From the NCBI RefSeq assembly GCF_041886205.1, contig NZ_CP169029.1: DNA of 64,000 nt. One strand, 5' to 3'. Numbering within the stretch: position 1 is the first letter of the stretch; the number at the start of each line of letters is the position of its first letter. The position numbers and the translations under genes are program-made. The DNA is from Escherichia coli. Its GTDB lineage: Bacteria; Pseudomonadota; Gammaproteobacteria; Enterobacterales; Enterobacteriaceae. This document shows positions 38,428-50,340 of this stretch, piece by piece. The notes below the pieces were generated by a model. The model was not told the DNA's origin. It was given only the letters and a program-made list of their open reading frames with translations, and ran no database searches.

Positions 38428-40712
38428 TGTTTTTCCTCAAGCCGGTGACGCGCTTCACTGCGAATTTTCCGCGTTGCCCCGGTTTTCACTAAATCACGTA
38501 ACAGCGAAAGATCGGGTTGTTCGACAAATAAGAGTAATGATGGATCCTCTTTTAACCACGCCGTTTTCACATCGGCAGCCAGCTGTGGATTATTAATAGC
38601 CAGCGACCGATCCTGAGGCTCAGTCAATGTCGTTAACAACGACGCCGGGGTATGTGCGTTGCGCAATGCCGTTTGGCGCAAATGATCATTGCGACTTTGC
38701 AGCAATGCACGCCACCATTCATCATCTGATTTATCTTTTATCGTAGCCAGTTCCGCAACAATATCGCTATCCTCACTGTTCCAGCGGTGTAATCCTCTTT
38801 CACTTTGCCTACGGGTGCTATTTTTCATACTGACAACAGCCAGCGCCCAGTCAGAGTTGAAGCGATACTGTTGATCGAGTTTGTTGATAATTCCGGTAGG
38901 TAATCCTTTATTATCAAATAATTGGTTACGCATTCGATAGCGGTATTCAGCGGGTAAATAAATCAGTAAATCAATGGCATTATTTAACATCTCTTCGTCA
39001 ACAACACCATTATCAATCAGCGCCAGCTGTACTTCGTAGGCTTGCTCTTGATCTTCTTGCCGTTTGCTCATCATTAAATTTAATGTGCGTTGCCATAACT
39101 GTTTCTTATATTCCAGCGGCAATAATTTATCGCGTGCCAGCTCATTCCAGACGGTAGTAACATCATGCTGAGTCAGTAGATAACTAATCACTTCCGTCGA
39201 TGCCAGATAACGCACACCTTCGCGTAAATTGTGCACATCTTCTTTTGCCAGAGACAGTTGACGCATCTCTGGCAACGCTATCAATAACGCCTTAACGATA
39301 TTTTTATTTTCTTTATTATCCAGATACATTTGTTCTGCGATACGTTCAATATCCTCTGTACGCAGGGTTGCTGACAGTTGGGTAATTTTTAGTTCAGTAA
39401 GCGTCCGGGCTAATGCTTCACGAACTTTCAGTGATTTATCTTTACTCAACTTCACAGCTTGTTGTGCGGTTAAATCTGCTCCGGTAATTCTTTCACGTAA
39501 CTCCGGGTCTTCGTTATTTATCAACTCATCGGTCACTGCAGTCGGAACCAGCCAGGCGTAATCGTAATGGCTGAGTAATGTCTTGCGCACACTGAGAAAG
39601 GGGCTATGACTTAACGACGCAACAATATCAGGAGAAAGATTATCCTGTCTGGCCTGCTCCAGCTGTACGCTCTCTACGGGTACAGACATTAATTTTTTAT
39701 TCACATCGGCGGAAATATTACTGTTTTTAACCAGCCCTCTGGCAACAGCCTCATCTTTAATTAATTCATCGGTAAGCAAATGCATCTGTTGAGCGGGCCA
39801 GGACTGCGCCATCGATTCACGCGTCTGGTCATCGGGGTGCTGTAACAGTTGCAGCATAACGGCGGGTGATAAACTCTCTTTATAGGTCAGAAAACGTGCC
39901 ACCAGTGGATCTTGATGCTTTATTTTATCTGCAGGGAAATTATCGAGTTTACCCGTTTCAATCCATTTTAATTTCTCATTAATTTCAGGAGCGGCTTTAT
40001 CGCGAAAAAGAGGTAAACCCTGAATGATGTTGTCTGCGACGCTATCATAGTCAGGATACGCATTGGAAATATTATCGGTTTCGATTTCAGTGTAATCATA
40101 AAGATCGGCAGTCACCAGTGAATAGGCTTTTTGAATATTCTCATCCCAGTTATATCCTTCACCACTTTCATCTTCATTGATATAAAATTCAGCTTTGATG
40201 ACCTCAAATTGCGTTGCTTTATCGGAAACAATAATGCCTCGCGCGCTAATTCCCTTCATTACTTCAAAGTTATGATCATTGTAATCAGCATAAACTAAAC
40301 CTTTCGCTGTCATCTGTCCTTTGACATACGCGAAATCATGATTAATAAAGTTATCGACAATAACATTACCTAATACAATCAGATGACCATTACCTGACAG
40401 ATAATCATCATAATCGCCGGAAATCGTTAAATTACCGTTCACCACCAGTTTATTTTGATTGCTGAAGTTAGCGGGTAATGATAGGTCACCATTATGATAA
40501 TACCAGCGGATATTATCTTTTAGCATATAAGCAGCTTCCATACTATCGTCGGTTGCCGCTTTAACCACGTTGCGCTCATCTGCCGTCATAAGATGAAAGT
40601 CAGAGGTGATAAGTTCCTCGCTACTGATCCACTCTGTGGCACATGCATTGCCAGTCATAAAAAATACGACCATCCAGATGACCAATATATTAATTCTATT
40701 CATAATCTTCAC
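38424..40712 (-). CDS. Hypothetical secreted/periplasmic repeat protein (762 aa from GTG 40712, or 759 aa from ATG 40703) with a Sec signal peptide and HEAT/PBS-lyase-like helical repeats
   Basis: N-terminus M(K)[26 protein letters not shown] has n/h/c regions and an AxA cleavage site; the C-terminal two-thirds has recurring D-P-x-(L/V)R ... A helical-repeat-like segments; AT-rich. Confidence 0.75.
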   Translation of the reverse strand: MKIMNRINILVIWMVVFFMTGNACATEWISSEELITSDFHLMTADERNVVKAATDDSMEAAYMLKDNIRWYYHNGDLSLPANFSNQNKLVVNGNLTISGDYDDYLSGNGHLIVLGNVIVDNFINHDFAYVKGQMTAKGLVYADYNDHNFEVMKGISARGIIVSDKATQFEVIKAEFYINEDESGEGYNWDENIQKAYSLVTADLYDYTEIETDNISNAYPDYDSVADNIIQGLPLFRDKAAPEINEKLKWIETGKLDNFPADKIKHQDPLVARFLTYKESLSPAVMLQLLQHPDDQTRESMAQSWPAQQMHLLTDELIKDEAVARGLVKNSNISADVNKKLMSVPVESVQLEQARQDNLSPDIVASLSHSPFLSVRKTLLSHYDYAWLVPTAVTDELINNEDPELRERITGADLTAQQAVKLSKDKSLKVREALARTLTELKITQLSATLRTEDIERIAEQMYLDNKENKNIVKALLIALPEMRQLSLAKEDVHNLREGVRYLASTEVISYLLTQHDVTTVWNELARDKLLPLEYKKQLWQRTLNLMMSKRQEDQEQAYEVQLALIDNGVVDEEMLNNAIDLLIYLPAEYRYRMRNQLFDNKGLPTGIINKLDQQYRFNSDWALAVVSMKNSTRRQSERGLHRWNSEDSDIVAELATIKDKSDDEWWRALLQSRNDHLRQTALRNAHTPASLLTTLTEPQDRSLAINNPQLAADVKTAWLKEDPSLLLFVEQPDLSLLRDLVKTGATRKIRSEARHRLEEKQ

Positions 40713-40811
40713 TGATATTTATATCAACCTTGATGAATTATGAATATATCGGAAATTGAAAAAATCGCAGCAAAGGAAATATTATTATAGGTTAAAGAGA
40801 GGATATTTCAG

Positions 40812-40840
40812 AAAAATGCCCTCCCGTTCAAGGGGAAGGC
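40812..40840 (-). terminator. Rho-independent terminator downstream of ppnP
   Basis: On the minus strand GCCTTCCCcttgaacGGGAGGGC is followed by AUUUUU, 7 nt after the ppnP stop. Confidence 0.65.
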
Positions 40841-40846
40841 GAGGAA

Positions 40847-41131
40847 TTACAGATAGCGGCACAGATAAGAGGTGGGTTCGGCAACTTGCAGATGAAACTC
40901 GCTGTGACCGGGAACATTAAACACCGAACCGGCTTCATACACTTGCCAGTCGGTCGCGTCAGGCAGTAACACATTCAGCGCGCCACTGATTACCGTCATC
41001 TCTTCCGGCTCAGCGGTGCTGAAGGTGTATTCGCCTTCAACCATAACACCCACGCTGGCGCGACCAGTGCTGCTGCTGGAAAAGCCGATTGATTTCACTT
41101 TGCCGGAAAAGTACTCATTACTTTGAAGCAT
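40847..41131 (-). CDS. ppnP: Pyrimidine/purine nucleoside phosphorylase PpnP (YaiE)
   Basis: 94 aa, [30 protein letters not shown]... Confidence 0.94.
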
Positions 41132-41202
41132 AAACTGGCCCTGTCTGGTAGTTGAACATCTACTTCACTATAGGGGCCAGAGGCGCTGACTGTCACGCAA
41201 AA

Positions 41203-41880
41203 TTACACCAGTAATTCCGCAGCCAGCCGTGCAATCAATACGTTAGACAGCAAGACAGGAACATCGAGCTGTTTTTGCAGTAAATCGCGATGACGTTGGT
41301 GAAATCCTAAACAATCCAGCATGATGACATCAGCCCCTTTTGCCAGTAATTCTTTCCCGGCATCAATGATTTTTTGTTCTGAATCATGAATGGGGTTACC
41401 CAATGAAAATACCGGCGATTTCTGCAAAATTTGCCATTTTTGCGTCTGAACGGGCAGCATCTCCTCAACCGGAACGATAACCCCCACCTGATGATCTTCA
41501 ACAATAGAGGAAACCAGTGGAGGCAATATTCGCGACGGCTCAAGAAAGATCGTATTACGCGCAGTCATACTACTAATGTTTGCTGTACTCATTAATAAAA
41601 TGACGTCATAACCCTGATTATCGAGCACTTCAACCACACCTTGCAGGTCTCGCTCCACTTTACGACGCGAAACATGGGCCAGCTGGTTGTCATTTAATAA
41701 TGTGAGAATGGTGTCTTCGCCTGCTTCTGGCGCGTACTCCGCCATCACTTCTTCACGACTTAACTTCCCCAGCAGGCTATGATGGGAAATATTATCTTCG
41801 TCAATGTATTCCGTCAGGAGCGGCAAAACTTCCTGCATAGGTACAATGCCGATGGTCAGGATCGCCAACGACGCACTCAT
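41203..41880 (-). CDS. aroM: AroM protein
   Basis: 225 aa, [27 protein letters not shown]...; third gene of the aroL-yaiA-aroM cluster. Confidence 0.9.
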   Translation of the reverse strand: MSASLAILTIGIVPMQEVLPLLTEYIDEDNISHHSLLGKLSREEVMAEYAPEAGEDTILTLLNDNQLAHVSRRKVERDLQGVVEVLDNQGYDVILLMSTANISSMTARNTIFLEPSRILPPLVSSIVEDHQVGVIVPVEEMLPVQTQKWQILQKSPVFSLGNPIHDSEQKIIDAGKELLAKGADVIMLDCLGFHQRHRDLLQKQLDVPVLLSNVLIARLAAELLV

Positions 41881-42137
41881 TGTTCATCCACCTTACTTTT
41901 CTTTCGTCGTTAATTACCGGGCAAGTGTGAAGCACCACTGCTGACACTTACTTGTGCTACAAATGACAAAAAGCGTAGCAGCAGACGTGCACGGCATAAT
42001 GTAAAGATTCCAAATGACTCCAGTAATGGATTGTTATTGTTTAATATTCTAATTATTAGAAAAACATGAATTATGAAAAATGTGACGCAGATCCCTTGTA
42101 GTGGCACTCAGAATCCCTTCCGAGCAGTCTAATGCGG

Positions 42138-42338
<201 letters not shown>

Positions 42339-42378
42339 TTATTTCACGGGATGAACGTTAAGTATAGGCGCTCTAAAA

Positions 42379-42903
42379 TCAACAATTGATCGTCTGTGCC
42401 AGAGCGCTGCGAATTTCAGAAATCACCTGGCTGGGTTCGTTTGTTGCGTCGATGATAATATGCGCGACTTCGCGATATAGCGCATCGCGTTCTTCCAGCA
42501 CTTCCTGAACTTCTTCGCTCAGCGGTTTTCCCGTTAAGGTTGGTCGTAAATCTTCTTCCGGTGCAGCTTGCAGTCGGTTAACCAGGACTGATACTGGCGC
42601 ACACAAATAAACCACGATCCCGTTATTTTGCATGAAGTGACGATTAAATTCCGTCAGAATAATGCCGCCGCCTGTAGCGATAACGGTGGATGGCGCAGTT
42701 ACCGCTTCCAGCGCCGCCGTTTCTCTGGCGCGAAATCCCGCCCACTCTTCCCTTTCGACGATCTCCGCGACCGTCATATTGAGCTGTGATTGCAACCACT
42801 GATCGGTATCGACAAACCGACGGTTAAGCGAATCGGCAAGGGCCATTCCGACCGTTGTTTTACCACAGCCCCGAGGCCCGATCAGAAAAAGAGGTTGTGT
42901 CAT
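42379..42903 (-). CDS. aroL: Shikimate kinase II
   Basis: 174 aa, [26 protein letters not shown] (P-loop). Confidence 0.95.
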
Positions 42904-43085
42904 CGTGGGTTTTCCCCAATAGGTCGCAATGCGGCGAAAGCCGGTGTCATGAGAATAGCGATCATACCATCAAACTAGTACAATTTCGATTGTAAAGAAA
43001 AAATTCCACTTAAAGTGAAAATCTCAATACATCCCTTACTATACCAATAAATATTCAAGAATGAAGTGTAAATAATAAATTACAT
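42904..43085 (-). promoter_or_regulatory. aroL promoter region with TyrR-box-like sites
   Basis: Minus strand contains TGTAATttattaTTTACA (plus 43067-43084) and TGGAATtttttcTTTACA, resembling the TyrR box TGTAAA-N6-TTTACA; aroL is a known TyrR/TrpR target. Confidence 0.55.
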
Positions 43086-43544
43086 TTAGCCACGACTACG
43101 TTGCACTTCCAACCACCACTTCTCCAGCTCCGCGGCAAAGGCCTGGCGGTCACGTTGTGAAAGGCTATCTGGTCCGCCGGTCTGGATCCCACTGGCACGT
43201 AAGGTATCCATAAAATCGCGCATCGTTAGGCGCTCACGAATGGTCGCTGGCGTGTAACGTTCACCGCGCGGATTAATCGCCGCAGCGCCTTTCTCGATGG
43301 CTTCAGCAGCCAAAGGTATATCTGCGGTGATCACCAAATCGCCCGCTTCACACTGCCGGACAATTTCGTTATCGGCAACGTCGAAACCTGCCGCGACGCG
43401 CAGCGTACGAATAAATCGCGATGGCGGCACGCGTAAACTCTGGTTTGCTACCAGTACCAGCGGCATCTGCATACGTTCCGCCGCGCGATACAAAATCTCT
43501 TTAATTACATTGGGACACGCGTCGGCATCCACCCAAATTGTCAT
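43086..43544 (-). CDS. yaiI: YaiI (UPF0178 / DUF188 family, 152 aa)
   Basis: Translation [26 protein letters not shown] from the ATG at 43544; divergent from proC. Confidence 0.88.
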   Translation of the reverse strand: MTIWVDADACPNVIKEILYRAAERMQMPLVLVANQSLRVPPSRFIRTLRVAAGFDVADNEIVRQCEAGDLVITADIPLAAEAIEKGAAAINPRGERYTPATIRERLTMRDFMDTLRASGIQTGGPDSLSQRDRQAFAAELEKWWLEVQRSRG

Positions 43545-43663
43545 AAAGTCATCCTTTGTTGGGTAATCCTCTATTGTGTCGCGCTTTTGCCTTCCGGCAT
43601 AGTTCTGTTTATGCTTCTGCCAGCGATTATCAAAACAATGAATTTCACGGCAGGAGTGAGGCA

Positions 43664-44473
43664 ATGGAAAAGAAAATCGGTTTTATTGGCTGCGGCAATA
43701 TGGGAAAAGCCATTCTCGGCGGTCTGATTGCCAGCGGTCAGGTGCTTCCAGGGCAAATCTGGGTATACACCCCCTCCCCGGATAAAGTCACCGCCCTGCA
43801 TGACCAGTTCGGCATCAACGCCGCAGAATCGGCGCAAGAAGTGGCGCAAATCGCCGACATCATTTTTGCCGCCGTTAAACCTGGCATCATGATTAAAGTG
43901 CTTAGCGAAATCACCTCCAGCCTGAATAAAGACTCTCTGGTCGTTTCTATTGCTGCAGGTATCACACTCGACCAGCTTGCCCGCGCGCTGGGCCATGACC
44001 GGAAAATTATCCGCGCCATGCCGAACACTCCCGCTCTGGTTAATGCCGGGATGACCTCCGTAACGCCAAACGCGCTGGTAACCCCAGAAGATACCGCTGA
44101 TGTACTGAATATTTTCCGCTGCTTTGGCGAAGCGGAAGTAATTGCTGAGCCGATGATCCACCCGGTGGTCGGTGTGAGCGGTTCTTCGCCAGCCTACGTA
44201 TTTATGTTTATCGAAGCGATGGCCGACGCCGCCGTGCTGGGCGGGATGCCACGCGCCCAGGCGTATAAATTTGCCGCTCAGGCGGTAATGGGTTCCGCAA
44301 AAATGGTGCTGGAAACGGGAGAACATCCGGGGGCACTGAAAGATATGGTCTGCTCACCGGGAGGCACCACCATTGAAGCGGTACGCGTACTGGAAGAGAA
44401 AGGCTTCCGTGCCGCAGTGATCGAAGCGATGACGAAGTGTATGGAAAAATCAGAAAAACTCAGCAAATCCTGA
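43664..44473 (+). CDS. proC: Pyrroline-5-carboxylate reductase (269 aa)
   Basis: Translation [27 protein letters not shown] from the ATG at 43664 (Rossmann GxGxxG). Confidence 0.94.
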   Translation: MEKKIGFIGCGNMGKAILGGLIASGQVLPGQIWVYTPSPDKVTALHDQFGINAAESAQEVAQIADIIFAAVKPGIMIKVLSEITSSLNKDSLVVSIAAGITLDQLARALGHDRKIIRAMPNTPALVNAGMTSVTPNALVTPEDTADVLNIFRCFGEAEVIAEPMIHPVVGVSGSSPAYVFMFIEAMADAAVLGGMPRAQAYKFAAQAVMGSAKMVLETGEHPGALKDMVCSPGGTTIEAVRVLEEKGFRAAVIEAMTKCMEKSEKLSKS

Positions 44474-44489
44474 TGACTTTCGCCGGACG

Positions 44490-45605
44490 TCAGGCCGCCA
44501 CTTCGGTGCGGTTACGTCCGGCTTTCTTTGCTTTGTAAAGCGCCAAATCTGCCGATTTCAACCACTCACGATAGTGACTCATTTGTGGGTTCAGCGGCGC
44601 AACCCCCACACTAATCCGTAAAGTTACCTGTGGCGTATTCGGCAAGCGTAACGTGTTTAGCCCTTCATGCACCCGTAACATGGCGGTAATGGCGCTCTCA
44701 GCTGGCGTACCGGACATGATTACTGCAAACTCATCGCCGCCAAACCGACCAATCACATCGCTACCGCGCAGGGTAATTTGTAACTGTCGGGTAAGCGCCA
44801 CAATCGCTTCATCGCCCACATCATGACCCCAGGTATCGTTGATGCTCTTGAAATGGTCGATATCGATAATCAGTAACGTTGCATCGCGATTATGCCGCCG
44901 ACAGTTATCAAATTCATTGCGTAACATAGTTTCCCAATGACGTCGGTTATACACGCCCGTCATGCCGTCGCGGGTACTCATGACCTGCAACCTGCGTTTA
45001 TGTTCCGCCAGTTTGGTTGCCGTCTGGTAGCTGACCCAGCCAAACAGCAGAGGATAAATGACGATAATGGGAAGGGAGAGCCACCATTCCAGCGGCGCGC
45101 TATTGAACGACACGGTGATGCCCGTCAGTTCGAGGGTGACAAGGCAGGAAACCACCATCAACACCAGACCCGCGACAAACAGACGGGGGCCGCCTGCCCC
45201 CATCAAATTCAAACACATAATCATCAACATCGCGGTGGAAGGCAGCACGTTTACGCCCATTACGCCTACCCACATTCCCGCTAATACTGCATCGGTTTTT
45301 AAGTTGTAAATTTCCCGGCTAAGCGGATCGACGGCCCTGCTCGCTATCTGCCAGGCTAAATGCGGCCAGACGAACGCCCAGCCGACCAACACCAGCCACC
45401 ACCAGCCCGGCGGCGGGTGTGAAACCAGCGTTGAAGCAATCGGTAAGAACATGCCAGCCAGGCCAACCGCACGGGGTAGTCTGACGCGACGGGCGAAGCG
45501 CAGCCCGGACCGCTGATGTTCGTTTTGAGGAGTTAAAGGAGGTTCCTCCCCGTGCGCCGCCGCTTTTTTGAAAAAGTTTTCATCATTCATTATTTTTGGG
45601 AACAT
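44490..45605 (-). CDS. dgcC: Diguanylate cyclase DgcC (AdrA/YaiC)
   Basis: 371 aa; N-terminal MASE2-type membrane domain and C-terminal GGDEF (RFGGDEF). Confidence 0.93.
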   Translation of the reverse strand: MFPKIMNDENFFKKAAAHGEEPPLTPQNEHQRSGLRFARRVRLPRAVGLAGMFLPIASTLVSHPPPGWWWLVLVGWAFVWPHLAWQIASRAVDPLSREIYNLKTDAVLAGMWVGVMGVNVLPSTAMLMIMCLNLMGAGGPRLFVAGLVLMVVSCLVTLELTGITVSFNSAPLEWWLSLPIIVIYPLLFGWVSYQTATKLAEHKRRLQVMSTRDGMTGVYNRRHWETMLRNEFDNCRRHNRDATLLIIDIDHFKSINDTWGHDVGDEAIVALTRQLQITLRGSDVIGRFGGDEFAVIMSGTPAESAITAMLRVHEGLNTLRLPNTPQVTLRISVGVAPLNPQMSHYREWLKSADLALYKAKKAGRNRTEVAA

Positions 45606-45706
45606 TCAGAAACAATTTTCCCAAATTATAGAGACGGAGCTAAAGGCAGAAGTATGAAATTTCGGGTGAGCCATTTTCTTAGCTCACCCGTTAGCACTAT
45701 CAGGTA

Positions 45707-46027
45707 TCAGGCGGCTTTCTTGAGGCAGGCACTCATAAACTTATTACGATCATCCCCTTTCAGAGATTGTTGTGTTGCTTGATTATTGCATTCGCGCATC
45801 TTTTGCTGCTGTGGCGTCAAACTTTTTTCACCAGGCGCAGACTTGCTGTTCTTCAGGCAATCACTCATGTAGGTCTTACGAGCATCCCCTTTCAACGCCT
45901 GCGCCGTCGCCTGCTGATTACAGGAGGTCATACGCTGTTGTTGTGGGGTTAACGTTCTCTCGGCAGCGCCGACGGTGGTTAAAAAAACCAGACCGAAAAG
46001 CAAGGTAACCAGTAATGTAATTTTCAT
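45707..46027 (-). CDS. psiF: Phosphate starvation-inducible protein PsiF (106 aa)
   Basis: Translation MKITLLVTLLFGLVFLTTVGAA from the ATG at 46027; two duplicated LTPQQQ(R/K)M..CN.QAT..L.GD repeats; downstream of phoA. Confidence 0.9.
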   Translation of the reverse strand: MKITLLVTLLFGLVFLTTVGAAERTLTPQQQRMTSCNQQATAQALKGDARKTYMSDCLKNSKSAPGEKSLTPQQQKMRECNNQATQQSLKGDDRNKFMSACLKKAA

Positions 46028-46102
46028 AGCACCATCCCTCTTCATGTTTTAACCATGAGCGTATGCGCCCGTGATCTGCCATTAAGTCTGGTTGCTAACA
46101 GC

Positions 46103-46138
46103 AAAAAAACCACCCGGCAGTGAAAATTCACCGCCGGG
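46103..46138 (-). terminator. Hairpin plus U-run terminator downstream of phoA
   Basis: On the minus strand CCCGGCGGTGAattttCACTGCCGGG is followed by UGGUUUUUUU, 8 nt after the phoA stop; probably partial since psiF follows. Confidence 0.6.
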
Positions 46139-46145
46139 CGCGGTT

Positions 46146-47561
46146 TTATTTCAGCCCCAGGGCGGCTTTCATGGTGTAGAAGAGATCGGTCTGGTCGGTC
46201 AGTCCAACGACATTGGCGGCATGCGGGCCATACGCCGCAATACGCAGCTGACTGCCGGTATGTTCTTGTGAATCCTCTTCGGAGTTCCCGTAACTCATCA
46301 CCATCACTGCGCCATCTTTGGTATTTAGCGCCTGGGTGAGGCCCGGAGCTTTGGTATCCGGCGCAACAATCTGGCTGGCGTGGGCGTGATCAGCGGTGAC
46401 TATGACCAACGTGTTACCCTCCTTTTTAGCGAATTCCAGCGCCCGTTGTACGGCTTCATCGAGATCGACCGTCTCGCCAATTTGCCCACAAGGATTCGCA
46501 GCATGATCCTGTTTATCGATTGACGCACCTTCAACTTGCAGGAAAAATCCTTTCTCATTTTTACTCAACAATTCAATGGCTTTGTCGGTCATCTGTGCCA
46601 GGGTTGGTACACTGTCATTACGTTGCGGATTAGGCGTACAGGTGACTGCGGGCTTATCGATATTGCCGTGGTACGTTGCTTTCGGCCCTAGCCAGCGCAC
46701 TGGCATATTGCCGTCAGCAAACAGGCCAAGCAGGGGTTTTTGCTGATTCGCTTCCGTCACCGAATTCAGTGAGGCAGCATCGTTCACCAACTGATAACCA
46801 CGCGCCTGTGCCTGTTCACGCAGCGTTTTTCCCTGCCATTCACCTGCGGTTGCCGTTTCAGCAAAGGTTTTTGCGCCACCGCCAAGCGTAACGTCGGCAC
46901 GAGCGTTAAGCAGCTGTTCGGTAATCGATCCTTTTCCGCCTTTTTCCAGAGCGTTACCCGGACATTTTTCACTGGTCGCGCTCGGACCGTAGCATTTGCG
47001 CGAGGTCACATGCGCCACCAGCGCAGCGGGCGTGGCATCCTGCAACTCTGCGGTAGAAACGTTACCGGTCGCCAGACCTGCGGCTTTTGCCATTTCCAGA
47101 ATCGTTGGGTGATCTTTTTCGTGAATATCGACGCCCAGCGCGCCGTTATAGGTTTTGACACCGGTTGACCAGGCGGTTGCTGATGCAGCCGAGTCGGTGA
47201 CGTAGTCCGGTTTGCCGGTTTTTTTATTCAGCGCATAGTGAGTGTATTGCCCGGTAAGCGGTAAGGCATCGATACCTTTAAAAAAGCCGCCCGCACCTTC
47301 GGCATAATTACGTGCGGCAGTAATTTCCGAGTCCCCCATCCCATCGCCAATCAGCAAAATAATATTTTTTGCAGGTTTATCGCTAAGAGAATCACGCAGA
47401 GCGGCGGTCTGATCACCCGTTAAGCGGCGAGCACCGCCGGGTGCAGTAATATCGCCCTGAGCAGCCCGGTTTTCCAGAACAGGCATTTCTGGTGTCCGGG
47501 CTTTTGTCACAGGGGTAAACAGTAACGGTAAGAGTGCCAGTGCAATAGTGCTTTGTTTCAC
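46146..47561 (-). CDS. phoA: Alkaline phosphatase precursor (471 aa, GTG start)
   Basis: Translation from the GTG at 47559-47561 gives (M)[41 protein letters not shown] ribosome-binding site upstream; catalytic DSAAS(A) serine motif. Confidence 0.96.
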   Translation of the reverse strand: MKQSTIALALLPLLFTPVTKARTPEMPVLENRAAQGDITAPGGARRLTGDQTAALRDSLSDKPAKNIILLIGDGMGDSEITAARNYAEGAGGFFKGIDALPLTGQYTHYALNKKTGKPDYVTDSAASATAWSTGVKTYNGALGVDIHEKDHPTILEMAKAAGLATGNVSTAELQDATPAALVAHVTSRKCYGPSATSEKCPGNALEKGGKGSITEQLLNARADVTLGGGAKTFAETATAGEWQGKTLREQAQARGYQLVNDAASLNSVTEANQQKPLLGLFADGNMPVRWLGPKATYHGNIDKPAVTCTPNPQRNDSVPTLAQMTDKAIELLSKNEKGFFLQVEGASIDKQDHAANPCGQIGETVDLDEAVQRALEFAKKEGNTLVIVTADHAHASQIVAPDTKAPGLTQALNTKDGAVMVMSYGNSEEDSQEHTGSQLRIAAYGPHAANVVGLTDQTDLFYTMKAALGLK

Positions 47562-47621
47562 TTTATTTTCTCCATGTACAAATACATTAAAAAATAAAAA
47601 CAAAGCGACTATAAGTCTCGG

Positions 47622-47641
47622 CCGTGACAACTTTATGACAG
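47622..47641 (-). promoter_or_regulatory. Pho box of the phoA promoter
   Basis: Minus strand reads CTGTCATAAAGTTGTCACGG, the classic phoA Pho box, about 60-80 bp upstream of the GTG start. Confidence 0.85.
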
Positions 47642-47661
47642 CTGTTGAAAAGATTAACTTT

Positions 47662-47922
47662 TTACTGACGAGGATGCTTCAATAACTTCTTTACGTAATC
47701 GCGCAGCAGCTCCGTATCGTCGTCAGGAATGCTGGCATCGGGCTTTACCTCGTACAGCGCCCCCTCTACCTGATCAATCAACCGCTGTTGGTCATTTTGC
47801 GCCATATTGCGAAGCATTGCAGTGACGATAATCTCCAAAGCTTCTACCTGCGCGCACAGTTCTTTCGACTCTTCTTCTTTTTGGGCAAGCTTAAATAACA
47901 ACTCAGCAATGAGATTTTTCAT
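47662..47922 (-). CDS. iraP: Anti-adaptor protein IraP (YaiB)
   Basis: 86 aa, [33 protein letters not shown]... Confidence 0.93.
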
Positions 47923-48383
47923 GTCTGTATTTCCTTATCCAAAGTATGGAGAAGTTAACATTATGTTTCATAACTTCATAGTGTCTGGAAGTATTATTTT
48001 TATGACAAAGGAAATACTTTGCACAAATATTTTTTGTTTGATTACCAGCGAAACGTTTCTCTTATTTAAATAATTACCCACACAAAATATAGGCTTTAAA
48101 TTATCAACCTTTATTATAAATAAAAGTTATGAAATATATTCTCTTCGTTAACTTATAATTAAGAGAAAAAACTCACCGCATGGCCATTTAAGCCAGGAAT
48201 AAATTAGCTTCCCGTTCATCATTTTTGTGATCTTGCGCACATCTTTGAGATAACGCACTTTCTTCACCAGTACGTTGCACGCTTTGTCAGCAGAAGATTG
48301 CAACAATCTTTCAGAAGGCCGCGAATCCCCCGTTTTGTCGTGGTAATGTATGCACTTTGTGTTAGACGGGATAGGTTTTTAAG

Positions 48384-49478
48384 ATGGAAAAACTGCGGGT
48401 AGGAATCGTTTTTGGTGGTAAATCAGCGGAACATGAAGTGTCTCTGCAATCGGCAAAAAACATTGTCGATGCCATTGATAAAAGTCGCTTCGACGTTGTG
48501 CTGCTGGGCATTGATAAACAAGGGCAATGGCACGTCAGCGATGCCAGCAATTATCTGCTAAATGCAGACGATCCTGCCCATATTGCGTTGCGCCCTTCGG
48601 CGACTAGCCTTGCGCAGGTGCCAGGTAAACATGAGCATCAGCTTATCGACGCGCAAAACGGTCAGCCGTTACCGACGGTGGATGTCATTTTCCCGATTGT
48701 CCACGGTACGCTGGGCGAAGATGGTTCCTTGCAGGGAATGCTGCGGGTCGCCAATTTACCGTTTGTAGGTTCTGATGTTCTGGCTTCAGCGGCCTGTATG
48801 GATAAAGATGTCACCAAACGTCTGCTGCGCGATGCCGGGCTGAACATTGCGCCATTTATTACCCTGACGCGCGCCAATCGTCACAACATTAGTTTTGCCG
48901 AAGTGGAGTCTAAACTGGGGTTACCACTGTTTGTAAAACCGGCTAATCAGGGCTCTTCTGTTGGTGTCAGCAAAGTAACCAGTGAAGAACAGTACGCAAT
49001 TGCCGTCGATCTGGCGTTCGAGTTCGATCATAAAGTGATCGTTGAGCAAGGGATCAAAGGTCGTGAGATCGAATGCGCAGTTCTGGGCAACGACAATCCG
49101 CAAGCCAGCACCTGTGGCGAGATCGTACTCACCAGCGATTTCTATGCCTACGACACCAAGTACATTGACGAAGATGGCGCGAAAGTGGTAGTTCCGGCAG
49201 CCATTGCGCCAGAAATCAACGATAAGATCCGGGCGATTGCGGTTCAGGCTTATCAAACGTTGGGATGCGCAGGCATGGCGCGTGTAGACGTGTTTTTAAC
49301 CCCAGAGAACGAAGTGGTGATCAACGAGATCAACACCCTGCCTGGCTTCACCAACATCAGTATGTATCCGAAGCTGTGGCAAGCCAGCGGTCTGGGTTAC
49401 ACCGATCTGATCACACGTTTGATTGAGCTGGCGCTGGAGCGTCACGCTGCGGATAACGCATTGAAAACCACAATGTAA
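48384..49478 (+). CDS. ddlA: D-alanine--D-alanine ligase A
   Basis: 364 aa, [32 protein letters not shown]. Confidence 0.95.
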   Translation: MEKLRVGIVFGGKSAEHEVSLQSAKNIVDAIDKSRFDVVLLGIDKQGQWHVSDASNYLLNADDPAHIALRPSATSLAQVPGKHEHQLIDAQNGQPLPTVDVIFPIVHGTLGEDGSLQGMLRVANLPFVGSDVLASAACMDKDVTKRLLRDAGLNIAPFITLTRANRHNISFAEVESKLGLPLFVKPANQGSSVGVSKVTSEEQYAIAVDLAFEFDHKVIVEQGIKGREIECAVLGNDNPQASTCGEIVLTSDFYAYDTKYIDEDGAKVVVPAAIAPEINDKIRAIAVQAYQTLGCAGMARVDVFLTPENEVVINEINTLPGFTNISMYPKLWQASGLGYTDLITRLIELALERHAADNALKTTM

Positions 49479-49484
49479 TTTTCA

Positions 49485-49516
49485 AACGCCCGATAATATT
49501 CTTATTGGGCGTTTTC
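49485..49516 (+). terminator. Terminator hairpin shared by the convergent ddlA and yaiZ
   Basis: AACGCCCGATAAtattcTTATTGGGCGTT (one mismatch) followed by TTTT; begins 7 nt after the ddlA stop and overlaps the yaiZ stop. Confidence 0.6.
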
Positions 49517-49714
49517 AGTTTCTTCATCGCGACGACGAATAATCAGCCCCGCCAGCCAGAAACTAATCACCCACGTCACCAGACCGACGGCATAGGTCTG
49601 CCAACCTTTTGCTTCAAATCCCAGTAACCCCACCACGCCATTAAGAATGAATATAAGGCCAATGGCGAACGCATAGTAGTGCCAGTCACGGCGGATTTTT
49701 ACAGGCAGATTCAT
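49502..49714 (-). CDS. yaiZ: Small inner-membrane protein YaiZ (70 aa)
   Basis: Translation MNLPVKIRRDWHYYAFAIGLIFILNGVVGLLGF from the internal ATG at 49714; two predicted transmembrane helices. Confidence 0.85.
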   Translation of the reverse strand: MNLPVKIRRDWHYYAFAIGLIFILNGVVGLLGFEAKGWQTYAVGLVTWVISFWLAGLIIRRRDEETENAQ

Positions 49715-49973
49715 GGCTGCTCCGTTAACGAAAAACAACATCCTTGCATATTCTGCAACAACCGTCTGTGGTGTAGACAACACTTTCGCAATTGTTAATA
49801 AATTTAACTTAAAGTTGCTATTTTGTGACTCGCAACGAAGATTCACGCTTCGGGAATATTCCCAACATCAATTTACCATGATTCTGATATTGACAATCTA
49901 AATGACCTGTCAGACTTGCCATAAGCCGCTGGTATCACACCAGAAGAGAAGCAGATGACTTCCGGAGGTTTTT

Positions 49974-50282
49974 ATGGCTGATTTCACCCTGTCAAAATCG
50001 CTGTTTAGCGGAAAATATCGCAATGCCTCTTCAACGCCTGGCAACATTGCCTATGCGTTGTTTGTGCTGTTTTGCTTTTGGGCTGGGGCGCAATTGCTGA
50101 ACCTGTTAGTGCATGCGCCCGGCGTCTATGAGCGTTTAATGCAGGTCCAGGAAACAGGTCGCCCACGGGTGGAAATTGGTTTAGGTGTCGGCACCATTTT
50201 CGGGCTGATCCCGTTTTTAGTAGGCTGCCTCATTTTTGCAGTGGTGGCGCTATGGCTGCACTGGCGACATCGCCGCCAGTAA
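49974..50282 (+). CDS. yaiY: Inner-membrane protein YaiY
   Basis: 102 aa, [36 protein letters not shown]. Confidence 0.9.
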
Positions 50283-50294
50283 GTTTTACGTTGT

Positions 50295-50328
50295 CAGATG
50301 CGGCCTGAAACGCCTTATCTGGCCTGAC
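50295..50328. repeat. REP-like palindromic element
   Basis: TCAGATGCGGCCTGAAACGCCTTATCTGGCCTGA between the convergent yaiY and yaiW. Confidence 0.6.
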
Positions 50329-50340
50329 ATTCCTGTTTGA

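Noticed and set aside
41910-42107. 65-aa minus-strand ORF between aroM and yaiA
   Set aside because: Sits in the AT-rich aroM promoter spacer with no ribosome-binding site and a hydrophobic low-complexity translation; more likely promoter DNA than a gene.
43571-44326. 251-aa ORF antisense to proC
   Set aside because: Fully contained within proC on the opposite strand; the proC translation is unambiguous.
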